This document shows, one piece after another, positions 1 through 13,548 of a stretch of 64,000 nucleotides of DNA. The notes beneath the pieces were generated by a model. It saw only the letters and a list, made by a program, of their open reading frames with translations, ran no database searches and was not told where the DNA came from. The number at the start of each line of letters is the position of its first letter. Position 1 is the first letter of the stretch. The DNA is from Octopus vulgaris (Eukaryota), in contig OX597826.1 in assembly GCA_951406725.2 (NCBI GenBank), forward strand, positions 20,956,001 to 21,020,000. The letters run 5' to 3'. Position numbers and translations under genes: made by a program.

Positions 1-940
1 ATCCTCTACCATAGCAATAGTAGTAAAATATTCGAGGGGTGAGGAGGAGAAGGAGGACAGAGAGAAAGAGAGAGAGAGAAAGGTAAGAGGAGAGAGAGAG
101 AGAAAAGAAAGAGGAGAGAGAAAGAGAGAGAGAGAGGATGAAATAAGATGATGTAATAGAGAGAAATAAAGGAACGTTTAGTTGTGAGGTAAAGTCAAAC
201 TGACATCAACCTCTCACATTCTCTCGCTTTCTCTCTCTGTCCATCTCTCTCTTTCTCTGTCCCTCCCTCACCCTTCTCTCTCTCTCTCTCTCTTTGTCTC
301 TCCACACTCTCTTTCTCTATCCCCTTCCGTCTCTCTTTCTCTCTCTCTCTCTCTCTCTTTCATTCTCCCCCCTCCCCTTTTTTGGAACGTATTATTTTGA
401 AGAAGTTAGGGAGACAGGAAGAATTATTTTAGTTTTATGAGTGAAACAGTTGTGCATTAATTCGAGCTGTCGAGTTTGTTGATGGAGAGAAGATGGCTGT
501 CCACATAATGTGACTCCTTTTTCTTTCATGGGCTTCGTTGAACGATGATATTTCTTGTAAAATCGATTCTTTTGTCTATAAAACTGGCTAAAATGCTATA
601 ATCCATTTGGTCGATTGATGCCGATGACACTTCATTATAACTTTACGGAACTACTTCAAATTGACTTGTTAAAGTCTGCTGCCTTCAGCCGACATTCCAT
701 ATTTTATGTTTCGTTCTTCAATATTGATATGTAGTTTCCAACGAAATATTATTACTGTGTGTTTTTCTCAAACATTCAAGCAAAAAAATGTAGCCATTTT
801 TTTTGCATATATCGTTTTAATGGAAAATTTCTGACGGCTAAAAGAATCGTTACAGTTCTCCTCTGCCATTTACCATTCAGCCTCTCTGCTTCGTCGTTGC
901 CTTTTTTCTTATCGGTTTCCAGGTTGCTGTCAAATAAAGA

Positions 941-1101
<161 letters not shown>

Positions 1102-1269
1102 CTTCTTTCTATGCTAGTGTGACAAATGTGTTGCTATATTTTAGTTAATGTTGTTAACATGTAGTAAAATAATTAATCCCAAAGTCCAAAATTGCGATAC
1201 CCTCCCCACCAACCTTGTCTTTCCACTTTTTCTTCCTTGCTTTTATCGTGCATTTTTATAACTCTCTTC

Positions 1270-1495
1270 AGTGACCACATCCAAGGTGGTCACTTGACCG
1301 GCTAAAAATAGCAGCAAAATTTCTCTAAAATTATACTTTATTGTCTTATAAACAGAAGAGGACTCGTTGGGTAATGTAGTCCTCCATATTTGTTATAATA
1401 CGGGAAAGCCACGAGTGGAGTGCCTTTTACCATGTATTTGCTCTCGATTAGGGGCGACCTGGGGCTAAACGACAGCAGCAACAATAACAACAACG
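1270..1495 (+). mobile_element. old SINE-like repeat with (CAA)n tail
   Basis: Motifs aaatagcagc(c)aaat ... gacctggggctaaac(aac)n. Related copies near 7680-7850, 29875-30020 and 40270-40450 (+) and 37435-37565, 43255-43420, 45722-45870 and 46600-46800 (-). Confidence 0.65.
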
Positions 1496-3472
1496 AAACC
1501 CGATTCTTTCTTCGGTTTGAGCATTTCCACCTTGAATTAGTAAAATGGAAAGTTTTACAAGAAAGTATTTAAGTTTGAAAGCAAATAAGAGATTGACAGA
1601 CACAAGTCGATTGTGAAGGTGGTTGTGCATGGCCGGTACCAGCAGAAAGGAGTCTGGCCGATTTATTACGTCTCCACTGGTAAACAACAATAACATCAAC
1701 AACAGCAATAAACAGCTTGACCAGACGATAACCGCAGAATAATTACATGCAACCCACTTCTCTCTCTTTCTCTTTCTCTTTCTCTCTCTTTCACTCTCTT
1801 TCTTTTTCTCTCTCTTTCACACACACTCTCTCTCTCTCTTTCTCTCTCTTGCACACACACAAATATCACTTTGCCTTTTATTTGGAGTTTTACACATTCT
1901 TTCCGTGTTGCAATATTCCTCACCAAAATCCAATAAGGTGGCACCAACAGCAATAAACTTATATTTCAAGACTTATGAATCGCCAATTCCCGAAGAAATA
2001 ATCTAGAGACTCCACTGTGAAGACGTTTCATTACTATGTCACATGTGAAAGCAATTATGTTGCAGTTTTTCATTGTTTTCCTGCTAAAACCTTGCAAAAC
2101 AACAACAACAACAACAACAGCAAAGAAGATTATTAAAGTTTATTATTCCGACAATATTCGCTTCTTCTTTCATTTACAATATGTTTATTCTCTCATGTTT
2201 TTGATATCCTTTATTAAATGATACTCATCGCATATGCATGTATGTAGTTATGTACGTATGTATATCTGTATGTATGTGTGCATGTATGTATATATACATC
2301 CATACATACAAACATACACATACAAACATGTATGTATGTGTATGTGTGTGTGTGTGTATCACTATTTCTGTATCAGTGGTTATATATCACTATTTCCCCA
2401 ATTATTATAACAATCATAAAATATTATATCTATCTCAATAATACAAAGTGCGTTTTTTTCCCCCTCGTTTTCCTCCTTAGCCTCGGTTCAATTTATTATA
2501 AGGGACCAGCAATGGATCTGTGGAACTTAGAATACATTATACATGCAAATTGGTCAATCTAACTTAATTAAGCCTTCGTAAGAGTGGATTTAGAAGCAGT
2601 ATGTTTTGGGGTAGTTTAGAAAAAGAGGGGTGGGGGCGGTTCAGTTGCCGATGAGACATGAACAAAGTATTAAAACTGGTCCAGCTAATCCCTGAATTTG
2701 TGTCCACAAAAGATATTGTGGAAAGAAGCGAGTGTATGTATGTATGTATGTATGTATGTATGTATGTATGTATGTATGTGTAAGTATGTGTGTAAGTATG
2801 CATCTATGCATGTGTGTATATGTATGTACGTTTGTTTGTATGTGTGTGCATGTCTGTAGCATTGAAAATACATCTATTCCGGTTTTATCATTTATTATAC
2901 TGAAGATAAGACTGTAGATGTTTTGAAACGTTGAGGAAAACTTCAGGAAGTTTATTGTTTAAAAAAAACGGCAAATAACACATGAAAATTAGGACACAGT
3001 CGTACATCCAAAACACGTCTTCGAAGAATGTCACTCAATATATACACACATATAAACATTCATATATACATACACACATACACGTGTGTAAGTATGTGTG
3101 TGTGTGACTTAATATATTCATATAATTTTCAAAATTTAGAAAATGTGAAATATTTGTAATTGATAGTGATGAAGCTGAAGATGTAACGAAATCTGTGTAA
3201 AGTTGATATTAAAACAGAAGTTCTATGAATTCTTGCATTGGTACCTTCAAGAAGAATCCTTACTGTTTGATAACATTGGCAAAAACAAGCAATTCCAAGT
3301 CAGCACTTAACCAAATATGTCTGTTGATTTTTCTATTGCAGATTAAATTATGGATTTCGTTCAAATTAAACCTAAACCACACACACGAATTGTACAGGTA
3401 CACAGGGACAAATACACACTCATACGCCTTTATGCAGACAAGGATAGACAGAGAGGGAGAGAGAGAGGGGGA

Positions 3473-3543
<71 letters not shown>

Positions 3544-3561
3544 TAGATCGATATATAGATT

Positions 3562-3609
<48 letters not shown>

Positions 3610-3937
3610 AAGAGAGGGATGGGTGGATGAATGGCTAGATAGATAGACAGCAAGAAAAGAAAAGCAGAATATTGTGTACTGCTGTGTATCTATTGCATAA
3701 AGAAAACGTGTATGATGCATTGGATGATATAGATATATGTTCTATACATACAGACATACACACATACATGCATTCATACATACATACATGCATACATGCA
3801 TACACACATGCATATACAGTAATAATCACATTTGATAAGTATAGACTCAAATAGATACGCACGACGATATATGTTGCGAGTGGGGGTGTACGTGTGCCAT
3901 GTGTATGTGCACTGTTTACGTATGCGTAAACCGTGTA

Positions 3938-3983
<46 letters not shown>

Positions 3984-4058
3984 CACATACACACATGCAT
4001 ACATATATATATATACATATATATATATACTCACATACATACACATATACACATACAC

Positions 4059-4114
<56 letters not shown>

Positions 4115-4701
4115 TCACATACATACATATATGTATGTATATATATATATGCACACACAGCATATGCAGCCAGATATTTGAAACCTATGTCGGCAATGTT
4201 CCTTTACGTTCCTTTATCTCTATTTAACCGAAAGTATTGCTACTTTCAGTAAAGAACTGCAATGTTTCACAACGAGGAAACGCAACGTGAGATGCCAAAA
4301 CTGCTGCTTCCATAACTCTATGGCTGCTTTTTACAACGTTCCGTTTTCGATAAACAAATATTGAAATAAGTTTTTCAAATATACAAGTTTGTTTTATTTT
4401 ATTTCGGCTATTTTTGCCACCATCTTTATAGCTCCCATCCAACATTACAGATCTTCAATTATTAAAAGCAGTTAGGTTTTGGCAAGTTGTTTTACAACCT
4501 TCTCTCTTTACTTTTCTTGTTTGTTTTACTTTATTTTATTTTTATTTTATGTCTTTTTTCTTTCTAAGATTCTCTCATAACATTTTTGTGAAACAGACTG
4601 CTGTCAACATTTTCCGAAATGGTCTGCTGCCAATTTTGCCAAAATTCTTTGTATGTTGTTTCATATATATACATATATATACGTGCATATTATATATATA
4701 T

Positions 4702-4800
<99 letters not shown>

Positions 4801-5120
4801 TATATTATGCTATATATATATTCTACATAATATATGTAATGCATGATATATAATAAATACAGTCTATACTATACATGTGCATATTATATTATATATATAT
4901 TTATACATATATTTATGTGCATACATATGTGTGCGCGTGTGTACGTGTATGATATACATATGCATATATATATATATATATATATGTGTGTCTTGTGTAA
5001 AAAGTATATATATATATACATATCTCTCTATATATGTGTGTGGGTGTACACATGATGTTAAATACACACATACATATATTTGCATATATCTATGAATATA
5101 CATATGTGTGTGTATGTGTA

Positions 5121-5164
<44 letters not shown>

Positions 5165-5182
5165 TTTACTTTCTCTCTGCAG

Positions 5183-5266
5183 CTGAATTAAAAATGGAAT
5201 TGTTGAGAGAGCGTGACCTCCGTGAAAATATGGAAAAGCAGTTGTTAGACGAACAAAGGACTCGAG
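5183..5266 (+). CDS. dac: dachshund coding exon (DACHbox-C / DD2 coiled coil)
   Basis: Acceptor ttctctctgcag, donor gtgaat; 84 nt, phase 1-1. Encodes ELKMELLRERDLRENMEKQLLDEQRTR, matching the recalled vertebrate DACH1 segment ELKMDFLRERELRETLEKQLAMEQKNR. Absent from the ORF track. Confidence 0.93.
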
Positions 5267-6039
5267 GTGAATATAATTGACTAATCGTTCATTTTGAAAG
5301 CTAAAGGATATTATTATCTGTCAAGTTATTCTTCTATAGAAACTTTCGAGGAATACTGCTGTTCATATCTCTAAATCGGTGTAATATTCCCCGAGACAGC
5401 ACCACAAACTGACATCTATTTGTTAAGAATCAGGTCTGTGGAAGATTATATTATGGAAGTAGCATTTTTGGGTTCCTGTATGGAAATACACTTTATCAGT
5501 TTTACTGAAAGTTCAGATACCATTTTCAGTTCCATTCCAGTAAACATCAGCATTGACCTCGTACTAAAAGACACTCACATCGGTAATAAAGTCTGTAGAT
5601 CCTGTTATCCAATGACCAACACTCACCGCTGCCGCCACCGCCGCCACCGCCGCCACCGCCGCCGTTTGTCTATTCAATACGGAAGTCAAACCTTAAAACT
5701 ATTACTCTTATTTATTTCTTTTTATGGTTTAATCAGAAAGAAAGGGCAACAATAGCTATAACCCCTTTTTCTGTAACCTCCGAAACCCAACCCAGATGTT
5801 TTCAACTGAGTCGACTCTATTGAAGGCACCCCACGCCCAGCAAAGGACGATAAAGTAGGCAACATTGAATCGACTACCGTCAAAACAGCAATATCTCCTC
5901 TTATGGGCTTCCATACATTTTCTGTCAATGTTGTCTCACTCCCAAAACTTGTCTGATCCAAGACTATGATAGAAGTCAACCCAAGAATTTGTGTTGTGGG
6001 ATTGAATTCCAAACTCCATAGTTGCCAACCAGCACCTGA

Positions 6040-6420
6040 ACCACACAGGCATGCCTCTTATCTGTGCAGATGTGATGCAGATACTAATGCAGTTATGCAC
6101 AGGTTGCATAAATTCGTCTTCGAAACAGTGCCATTGTAATGCAGTTTCATGTAATTTGGTGCAGTTTTTTAATACAATTTGGTGCAATGTTGTACGACTT
6201 GGTGCAGCTGAGTGCAATATAATGTAGGTTGGTGCAGTTTAATGCAATATTTTAGACCAAACAAGCAAAGAGGTAAGTAGTATAGAGTTAGGGAATTTGG
6301 TGCTAAAATAGGGCGCAGATGCATAGGTGCACAGATGGTGCATCCAGAGTGATAATCAAGTTGCAAAATTATGAATAAGTCGGGAATGCACAGAAATTGT
6401 GCAGCTAGTGGCAGAAAGCC
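6040..6420. repeat. degenerate tandem repeat rich in (T)GGTGCAG/TGCA
   Basis: Recurrent tggtgcag/tgcaat units. Confidence 0.5.
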
Positions 6421-7299
6421 GCCGTCGTGTTTTATATTGTGATTACCGTTTCTCTAACAGAATGTGTTGCACGTGATCTCTTTCAGTCGCAAATTCTGCC
6501 AATCAATTTGTTCGCCATTGATTTTTCATTATTAAAAAACAGGTTATTGTTTGTCTTATTAAACTGTGTAAAAAGCAAAGGATTAAGACAGTAATTAGCG
6601 CGTAGCAGACAGGAGAGAAGCTAGATGAAGTCTGTGTTGGCTAGGCAAATGGCTGGCTGCAGTGTGTGTAATGGACACAGTAATAACTAGTTACGGTGTG
6701 TAGGGGAAATGGGTAGCTACAGTACAGTCTGTAGAAGAATAAACTAGGTACAGTATGTAGGAGATGGGGAAGAAAGTTGTATGTAATATGTGGTGGATGG
6801 GAGGATGGCTATCTGCATTGTGTGTGATGAGAAAATATCTGGACACGGTGTGTAGAAGATACGTGTAACCATAATGCGGTTTATGTCAGATCTAAATAAC
6901 GACACGTCTGGTGTAATAAATACAAGTCGCTACAAACTTTGAAGAGACGGGAATAACTACAGGTTGTGAGTTGTAGAGAGAAGAATAGTTACATCCGATA
7001 CTCCTCAGATAAAGGTCCAGCTGTATGCAGAGCCAATTAGATTGATTTGTTTACACTGGGCCCCACACCATGAGAGGACCCGTGCACACGCTCCAGCGGA
7101 GGACGCTTTGAGGAATAATCCCTTTGGCTGTGTCCAGCAAAAGTATCCTCACGGTTCTTTTTATCTTTTTGTGTGAGAAGCAGCTTTACCGCATGACTTT
7201 AGAGAAACCTCTTATTTAAGTAGAGTAGAGGGCGCCACTGACAATTCCCTAATTGGGCCCCTCACTTCCTAGCGCCGGCCCTGGCTGTAGGGAATAGCA

Positions 7300-7680
7300 A
7301 GTTGAGAAGTGAAATGTGAAATATTGAAGAGCTGTTGCTTAAAAATATGTGTGACAAAGAGTTGAGATGTTGAATAGGGGAATATCTGATCGAACATATC
7401 GATGACGAAGAGTATTGAAAGGGAATTGAAAGAAGAAAAATCTCTCAGTTGAGGTTTTACTTTGCAGACGACGTCACCACATGGAAATGATTCTGGAAAC
7501 TCCTGGAATGACGAATATTAATCTATCAATTCTGAAATATTTAATACCATGAATACTTGGGAGATGACGAAAAAGTTGTAGACGAGTGGAACATATTTTA
7601 GTTGGTGTTCGAACATAAAGTTATATGGCCATGGTACTCGGAGTATTGTAATATTTCGGTTCACCATTGTTATACCAGGG
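7300..7680 (+). mobile_element. very decayed LINE reverse-transcriptase fragment
   Basis: tttgcagacgacgtcacc (FADDVT) preceded by ISQLR, typical of the RTE-like RT active-site context; frames are broken. Confidence 0.35.
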
Positions 7681-8504
7681 AACCTCTACGTGATTGCAAG
7701 ATCTGCGAGATATAGCAGCCAAATCTTCCGCAAGTTCTACACTATCTTAAAAAAGACACGTTGGATATTGTGCTCTGGTTTCCATTCACAGGCGAAGTAG
7801 GTGGGATGGTCACGGCTGGAACGTCTTTAGTCATAGGTTTGATTGATCAGTGATTTAATTTCTAATCTTAGTCGTGAAGCTATCTCAGCAACCATGGAGA
7901 GAGGCATGAACACCACAAATCCTCATCTCTCTAATCATAAACAAATTAAACAAAAATCAATTTAATTAGAGTTAGGGTTTCAATTTTAGATTTTTAATTA
8001 TGTCGTTTAGTTAATTGTTTCTGTGGTAAACTTGACCTGACCCCGCCCCCACCGGCAGCGCCGCCTTAACAGCATCACAGCCCCGCTCCTTACAGAACAG
8101 TGCACTGGACCTCCTACAGACACAATCACCGAATACATACATTAGTATCGGGATTCCTAGAATTTTGTAGGGGCCACAGTCAAGAAGCACCCTTATTTTT
8201 CACTTCTGTTGTAAACATTTGGAGCTGAGTCCCTCGCCTAAGAGTAGCTTCCCTTCTCTCCTTTCCCTTCCACCAGTCTTGGTATCCTTAAGGATGGTCA
8301 TCGGGGCTGTCATTTGTCCCTTGGCCAATTGCTTAGTTCCATACTTCGTTTTAGCCAACAAAACACCGGCCATGCTGTAGCACAACCTTGATTGAGTAAA
8401 ATATTTCTTTGATGTAATTTCGAATTTGATTCATTTCTATGTTTATTATACGAGGGCCTTGTGGTTTTTAGAGATTGTGTGTTTGTGACTTGAGTGACAC
8501 ACAC

Positions 8505-8569
<65 letters not shown>

Positions 8570-8682
8570 ACAGTGTATCTACTGTACCCATTCACATCTG
8601 TGTACCACAGTGTGTAACTGTTGTGTGACATTACGCATTGATAATGATATTGTAATTGCTGTTGTTGTTTTCTCTTTGCCAG

Positions 8683-8802
8683 TGATGTTACAGAAACGGT
8701 TGAAAAAAGAGAAAAAAACCCGCAGGAAAATGCAGGAACAAATGGATATGATTGAGCAGAGAAATAACATGATGAGTGGTGAACGGATGTCAACGCCACC
8801 TG
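8683..8802 (+). CDS. dac: dachshund coding exon (DD2 basic coiled coil)
   Basis: Acceptor tctctttgccag, donor gtgaga; 120 nt, phase 1-1. Encodes VMLQKRLKKEKKTRRKMQEQMDMIEQRNNMMSGERMSTPP, matching DACH1 IVQKRLKKEKKAKRKLQE. Splices in frame with the 5183 exon. Confidence 0.93.
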
Positions 8803-9902
8803 GTGAGAATATCATCAACACCAACGGTACTGACCATTCTTGTCGATTTTAACCGATAGGGAAATAGGGCTGGGAGACGGGTCAGTTTTTATCAACACCA
8901 ATGGTAGTAACCGTTCTTGTATATTTTAAAAGAGACGATTAAGGGTCACATCTGTTCCTTTTGCATTTTATTTCTTTTTGGCGAATAACGGGATCCAAAA
9001 TTCCAACGGGAGAAATGTGCGACAAGTTTGCGATTCTCCTTTGCTGCTATTTCATGTTACTCACACTAATGACGCCTTTTATCAAGGCATGAACGCCACA
9101 AATCCGCTCTTTCCTTCACTACGAAGCAAATAAATGCTAACGGCTACCTTTTCATAGATATTTCTGATCATAAAGCCTACCCAACTCTATTCGCATTAAA
9201 TAAATCCTGGATCTTCTCTCATAAAACTAAGGACCTCTACTTGGAAAGTTTCCTCTCCAAGATGTAGATCTGAGCAACGTTCTTTTATAAGAATTACAAG
9301 AGTTGCTCCTCCGGCAAGTCTCTCCTTTGCATGTCACTGACGCCCGAGAAGGAAAAGTCGAGGGTGGCTTCGACCTGGCATCAGTTTTGTCTCAAACGTT
9401 GCCGTCAGAACGTAAAAAGCTGAAATAAATACTGCAAGACATCACCTCCCACCTTCTCACAATTCCACCAAATCAGCACTCTGGGTTGTCACATGACTGT
9501 AACGTTATATAGGGTCTCAGCTGATATTTATCGTCTCCCGCCCCGGAGGTCAGTAAGTGGATAGCAGTAATATACTGGGGTAGTTTTCACTGATGATATA
9601 TGTGTCACGTATTGTAATAATGAAAAACTCCACATTAAACTCATTTCTTGAAAAGCATAATTGTCGAGGGCCATATTGTGGATTGTAGTTTCGAGACAGT
9701 GAAACGGCAGAGTCGTTTGAATGAGAGAGGAGAGTGCAGAATTTGTTTCTCCTGTCTCTGAGTTCTATTCTTGCCAAAGTCTACTTTGTCTTTAATTATT
9801 TCAAAGGGTCGAAAGGGTCAAGAAATAGGATCAAGTCTTCTTTTTGTTTCATTTAGAGTTGGTTACATCGTCCTAAACTCGGCCCCTTCCTGGGACTCCC
9901 AA

Positions 9903-10135
9903 TGACAGATACAGTGACACGATGTAACAGCTACGGATACAGTAGTAACCCGTTATAACAACGACAAATACAATGAGTCGACGTAACTTTGACAGACACA
10001 GTAACATGATGTAACAACGATTGAGAGATTAGTAACTCGTAGAACAATTACAGGTACAGTTGTAACACGATGTAACAACGGTAGATACAGTTGTAACACG
10101 ATGTAACGACAGATAGCGACTCGTTCACAGTAAGT
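9903..10135. repeat. minisatellite, ~28-30 bp unit (acagatacagt..acacgatgtaacaacg)
   Basis: Several imperfect tandem copies are visible in a dac intron. Confidence 0.75.
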
Positions 10136-10395
10136 TGCTGTCCCATCAGTGAAAGGAGCGACTTCTGCACCGCAATAAGAAAAAAAAAGGAGTTATTTGT
10201 GCCAGTTTCTTTATTGCATTTGAGAGACACAAATGGCCGAGGGCAGACAAGGTGGCATGTTTTATTAGTCATCTTTAGATCGGGAGTTCAAATTTACCCA
10301 CAGAGGATTTTTTTATCTTTTCATACTTCCGTCCGACGACGATGAAAAATAAGTTACTATTAAATGTGTGTGGCCTTGTGCCAAAGTTAGAAATC

Positions 10396-10471
<76 letters not shown>

Positions 10472-10564
10472 CCCTCCTTCTTCCCTTCTTTCCTGAGCGT
10501 CCAATAATACTTTATTTGTTCCACATCCTTGCGTTGTTGTCTTTTTGCTTTCTTGTTTGGATTA

Positions 10565-10603
<39 letters not shown>

Positions 10604-10672
10604 TCGCATACATACGAACAAAAACAAACTTTATCTTGTTTTTTATACCGGAATCTTTCTAACATATCCCAG

Positions 10673-10738
10673 ATTGCCACAGTCAGGATATGGAACGAGA
10701 AAGAAGTTATATGGAAGCTGCTGAAAGAAAGCTACAAG
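10673..10738 (+). CDS. dac: dachshund penultimate coding exon
   Basis: Branch-like ctaac and acceptor atcccag, donor gtagat; 66 nt, phase 1-1. Encodes DCHSQDMERERSYMEAAERKLQ, resembling the DACH1 tail EIEADRSGGRTDAERTIQD. Confidence 0.8.
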
Positions 10739-10817
10739 GTAGATATTAATCATTAATCATTAATCATTAACCATACTTCGTATAATATTTCGTTCTGTAA
10801 CTGTTTGCACTAAATGC

Positions 10818-10905
<88 letters not shown>

Positions 10906-10909
10906 GTTA

Positions 10910-11525
10910 GGCGGCGAGTTGGCTGAATCGTTAGCATGCCGGGCGAAATGCTTAGCGGTATTTCGGCTGCCGCTATGTTCTGAGTTCAAATTCCGCCGAG
11001 GTCGACTTCGCCTTTCATCCTTTCGGGGTCGATTAAATAAGTACCAGTTACGCACTGGGGTCGATATAATCGACTTAATCCGTTTGTCTGTCCTTGTTTG
11101 TCCCTTCTGTGTTTAGCCCCTTGTGGGCAGTAAAGAAATAGGTATTTCGTGCGATTTACATTCTGCGTTCAAATTTCGCTATGTCGATTTTGCTTTCCAT
11201 CCTTTCGGGGTCGATGAATTAAGTACCAGTGAAACACTGGTGTCTATATAATCGACTAGTCCCCTTCTCAAAAATTTCAGGCCTTGTGCCTTTAGTAGAA
11301 AGGATTATTATTATTATTTAGAAATAAGGCGAAATGGCAGAATCGTTAGCGTGCCAGGCAAAATGCTTAGCGGCATTTCGCCCGTCTTTACGTTCTGAGT
11401 TCAATTTCCGCCGGGCTCGACTCTACCTATCATCCTTTCAGGGTCGATAAAATGAATACCAAATGAGCATTGGGCATCAAGCTGATCAACTTACCCTTCA
11501 CTCGAAATTTTTGTCTTTGTGCCAT
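10910..11525 (+). mobile_element. three tandem tRNA-derived SINE units following an (ATT)n tract
   Basis: A-box tggctgaatcgttag, B-box gagttcaaattcc, central gcctttcatcctttcggggtcgat..aagtaccag (resembles the MetaSINE domain, from memory). The second unit lacks a head. Confidence 0.85.
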
Positions 11526-11596
11526 TTTTATTTCGCAAACTTCTTTAAAGAATTCTTCTTGCATTTTTCATTTTATGTCTTTGTATTTTTCTTCAG

Positions 11597-11706
11597 ATTC
11601 GCAAGAGAGAAATCCCCATCTGTACGAGACTTACATGACTCATGCAGGCAGCCCTGGTGCCACGCGTTTTGCTTACCATCCTCTCGTTAAAAACGATGTC
11701 CAATGA
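11597..11706 (+). CDS. dac: dachshund terminal coding exon, to the stop codon
   Basis: Strong polypyrimidine acceptor ttttcttcag, phase 1. Continues the frame as DSQERNPHLYETYMTHAGSPGATRFAYHPLVKNDVQ*. Supported by splice and phase logic; homology not recognised. Confidence 0.7.
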
Positions 11707-11768
11707 ATACAAACGACATTGTTTCACGGTGTATTCTTGCTGACCAAAGTTCAGTAAAAAAAAAAAAA

Positions 11769-11799
<31 letters not shown>

Positions 11800-12005
11800 T
11801 TATAACTAATAATGATGATGATAATTATTAGCGAAATGGAAGAGGAAAAACGAATACAACACAGCACATGGACATGAAAATAAAATGAAATAACAAAAAA
11901 GATACAAAAAAAAGGAAGATTTAAAAAACAACAAAACAAACAAATCAATCAGCTTATTAATTATAATGTTAATTACAATGAAGTATAGCTATACAACATA
12001 TGATG

Positions 12006-12062
<57 letters not shown>

Positions 12063-12540
12063 TCAGCATCTTCAGAATTGAAGCAACCTACAGCATCTCA
12101 CCATCACAACATGTAGTGTGTATGTATGTATGTATGTATGTATGTGTGTGTGTGTGTGGTATACAATTCCGGGTGCAATTTCAAGTGGGTAAGTTTCTGA
12201 GGTGAAAGAATTGCACGTGTGGTTTGGCTGTGGAGAAAGGAAGAAACGAAAGAGAGAGAAGTGGGGGGGGGAGTGTGTGCATGTGTGTGTGAGAGAGAGG
12301 GAGAGAGAGTCAAAGAGAAGGTGGGAAGACGAATTCTTCAAATATTCAACGGAAAATATTGTGGCCGTCAAAAGATCAACATACATACAGAGATGTGTGT
12401 GTATAAGTTTGCATATATATAGTCATACATTCATACATATTTATACAGACACATATACATACATATATATATATGCATGTGTGTGTGCATGTTTAAGTAT
12501 ACATGTGCATGTGTCTATGCATGCCTGTGTGTATGAAGGT

Positions 12541-12584
<44 letters not shown>

Positions 12585-12603
12585 AACATGCACACACACA
12601 TGC

Positions 12604-12636
<33 letters not shown>

Positions 12637-12685
12637 TATATGTATGTGTCTGTTATATATATATATACATATATATATGTATGTG

Positions 12686-12750
<65 letters not shown>

Positions 12751-13235
12751 GTGTATGTATGTATGTATGTATATAAGTGTAGAGACGCAAATCTGAACAG
12801 GGATGAGTGCGTGACTCTATGTAACGTATGTAATGTAGACATGAATAGGCCGGTGTATATAAGAACCGCTCTACGTGTCTATCGATGTGTGTGTGTGTGT
12901 GTGTGTGTTATAGGGAACATGGAGGGGAAGCATGCAAATGAACGAGATAAGATCAACAAAAATCGTTTGCTGCTGGGTAATGGATCGCTCCTCTCCTTTT
13001 CCTCTCTCCCTCTCTACATACACCCCTCTCTCTGTACGGAGCCGCTAACCCTCTCACTATTCCCGTCACATTTTCATACCCCCCCCCATTCTACGCTCTC
13101 CCCACCACCACACACCTTCCACCCTAACAACCATAAATTCCTCCCCCCTCCCACTCCGCAAAGCTGCCCCCCCCCTCACCTCCCACGATCGGACAATTAT
13201 TGCTCTTGTGATAATAGATAGGCACTTTATGTATA

Positions 13236-13287
<52 letters not shown>

Positions 13288-13458
13288 AATATATAAATAT
13301 ATATATGTATCTGTAAATATATGTATACACATGAGCATAACTGCATATATGCACACTTTTGTGTCCCCATGCATATATGCATAAAAGTATATATATATAC
13401 ACGTACATACAAGTTTGCTTGCATGTATATATACAAACATATATACATATATATATAA

Positions 13459-13548
<90 letters not shown>

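Noticed and set aside
2895-2940. ctgaaga...gaaacgtt hammerhead-like string (similar strings near 3175 and, on minus, 29850)
   Set aside because: No stem I pairing around the core.
8475-8852. 125-aa ORF as a stand-alone gene
   Set aside because: Only 8683-8802 is exonic (dac); the rest is intron and (GT)n.
9903-10135. CRISPR-like regular repeats
   Set aside because: Degenerate tandem units without unique spacers, eukaryotic context, no cas genes.
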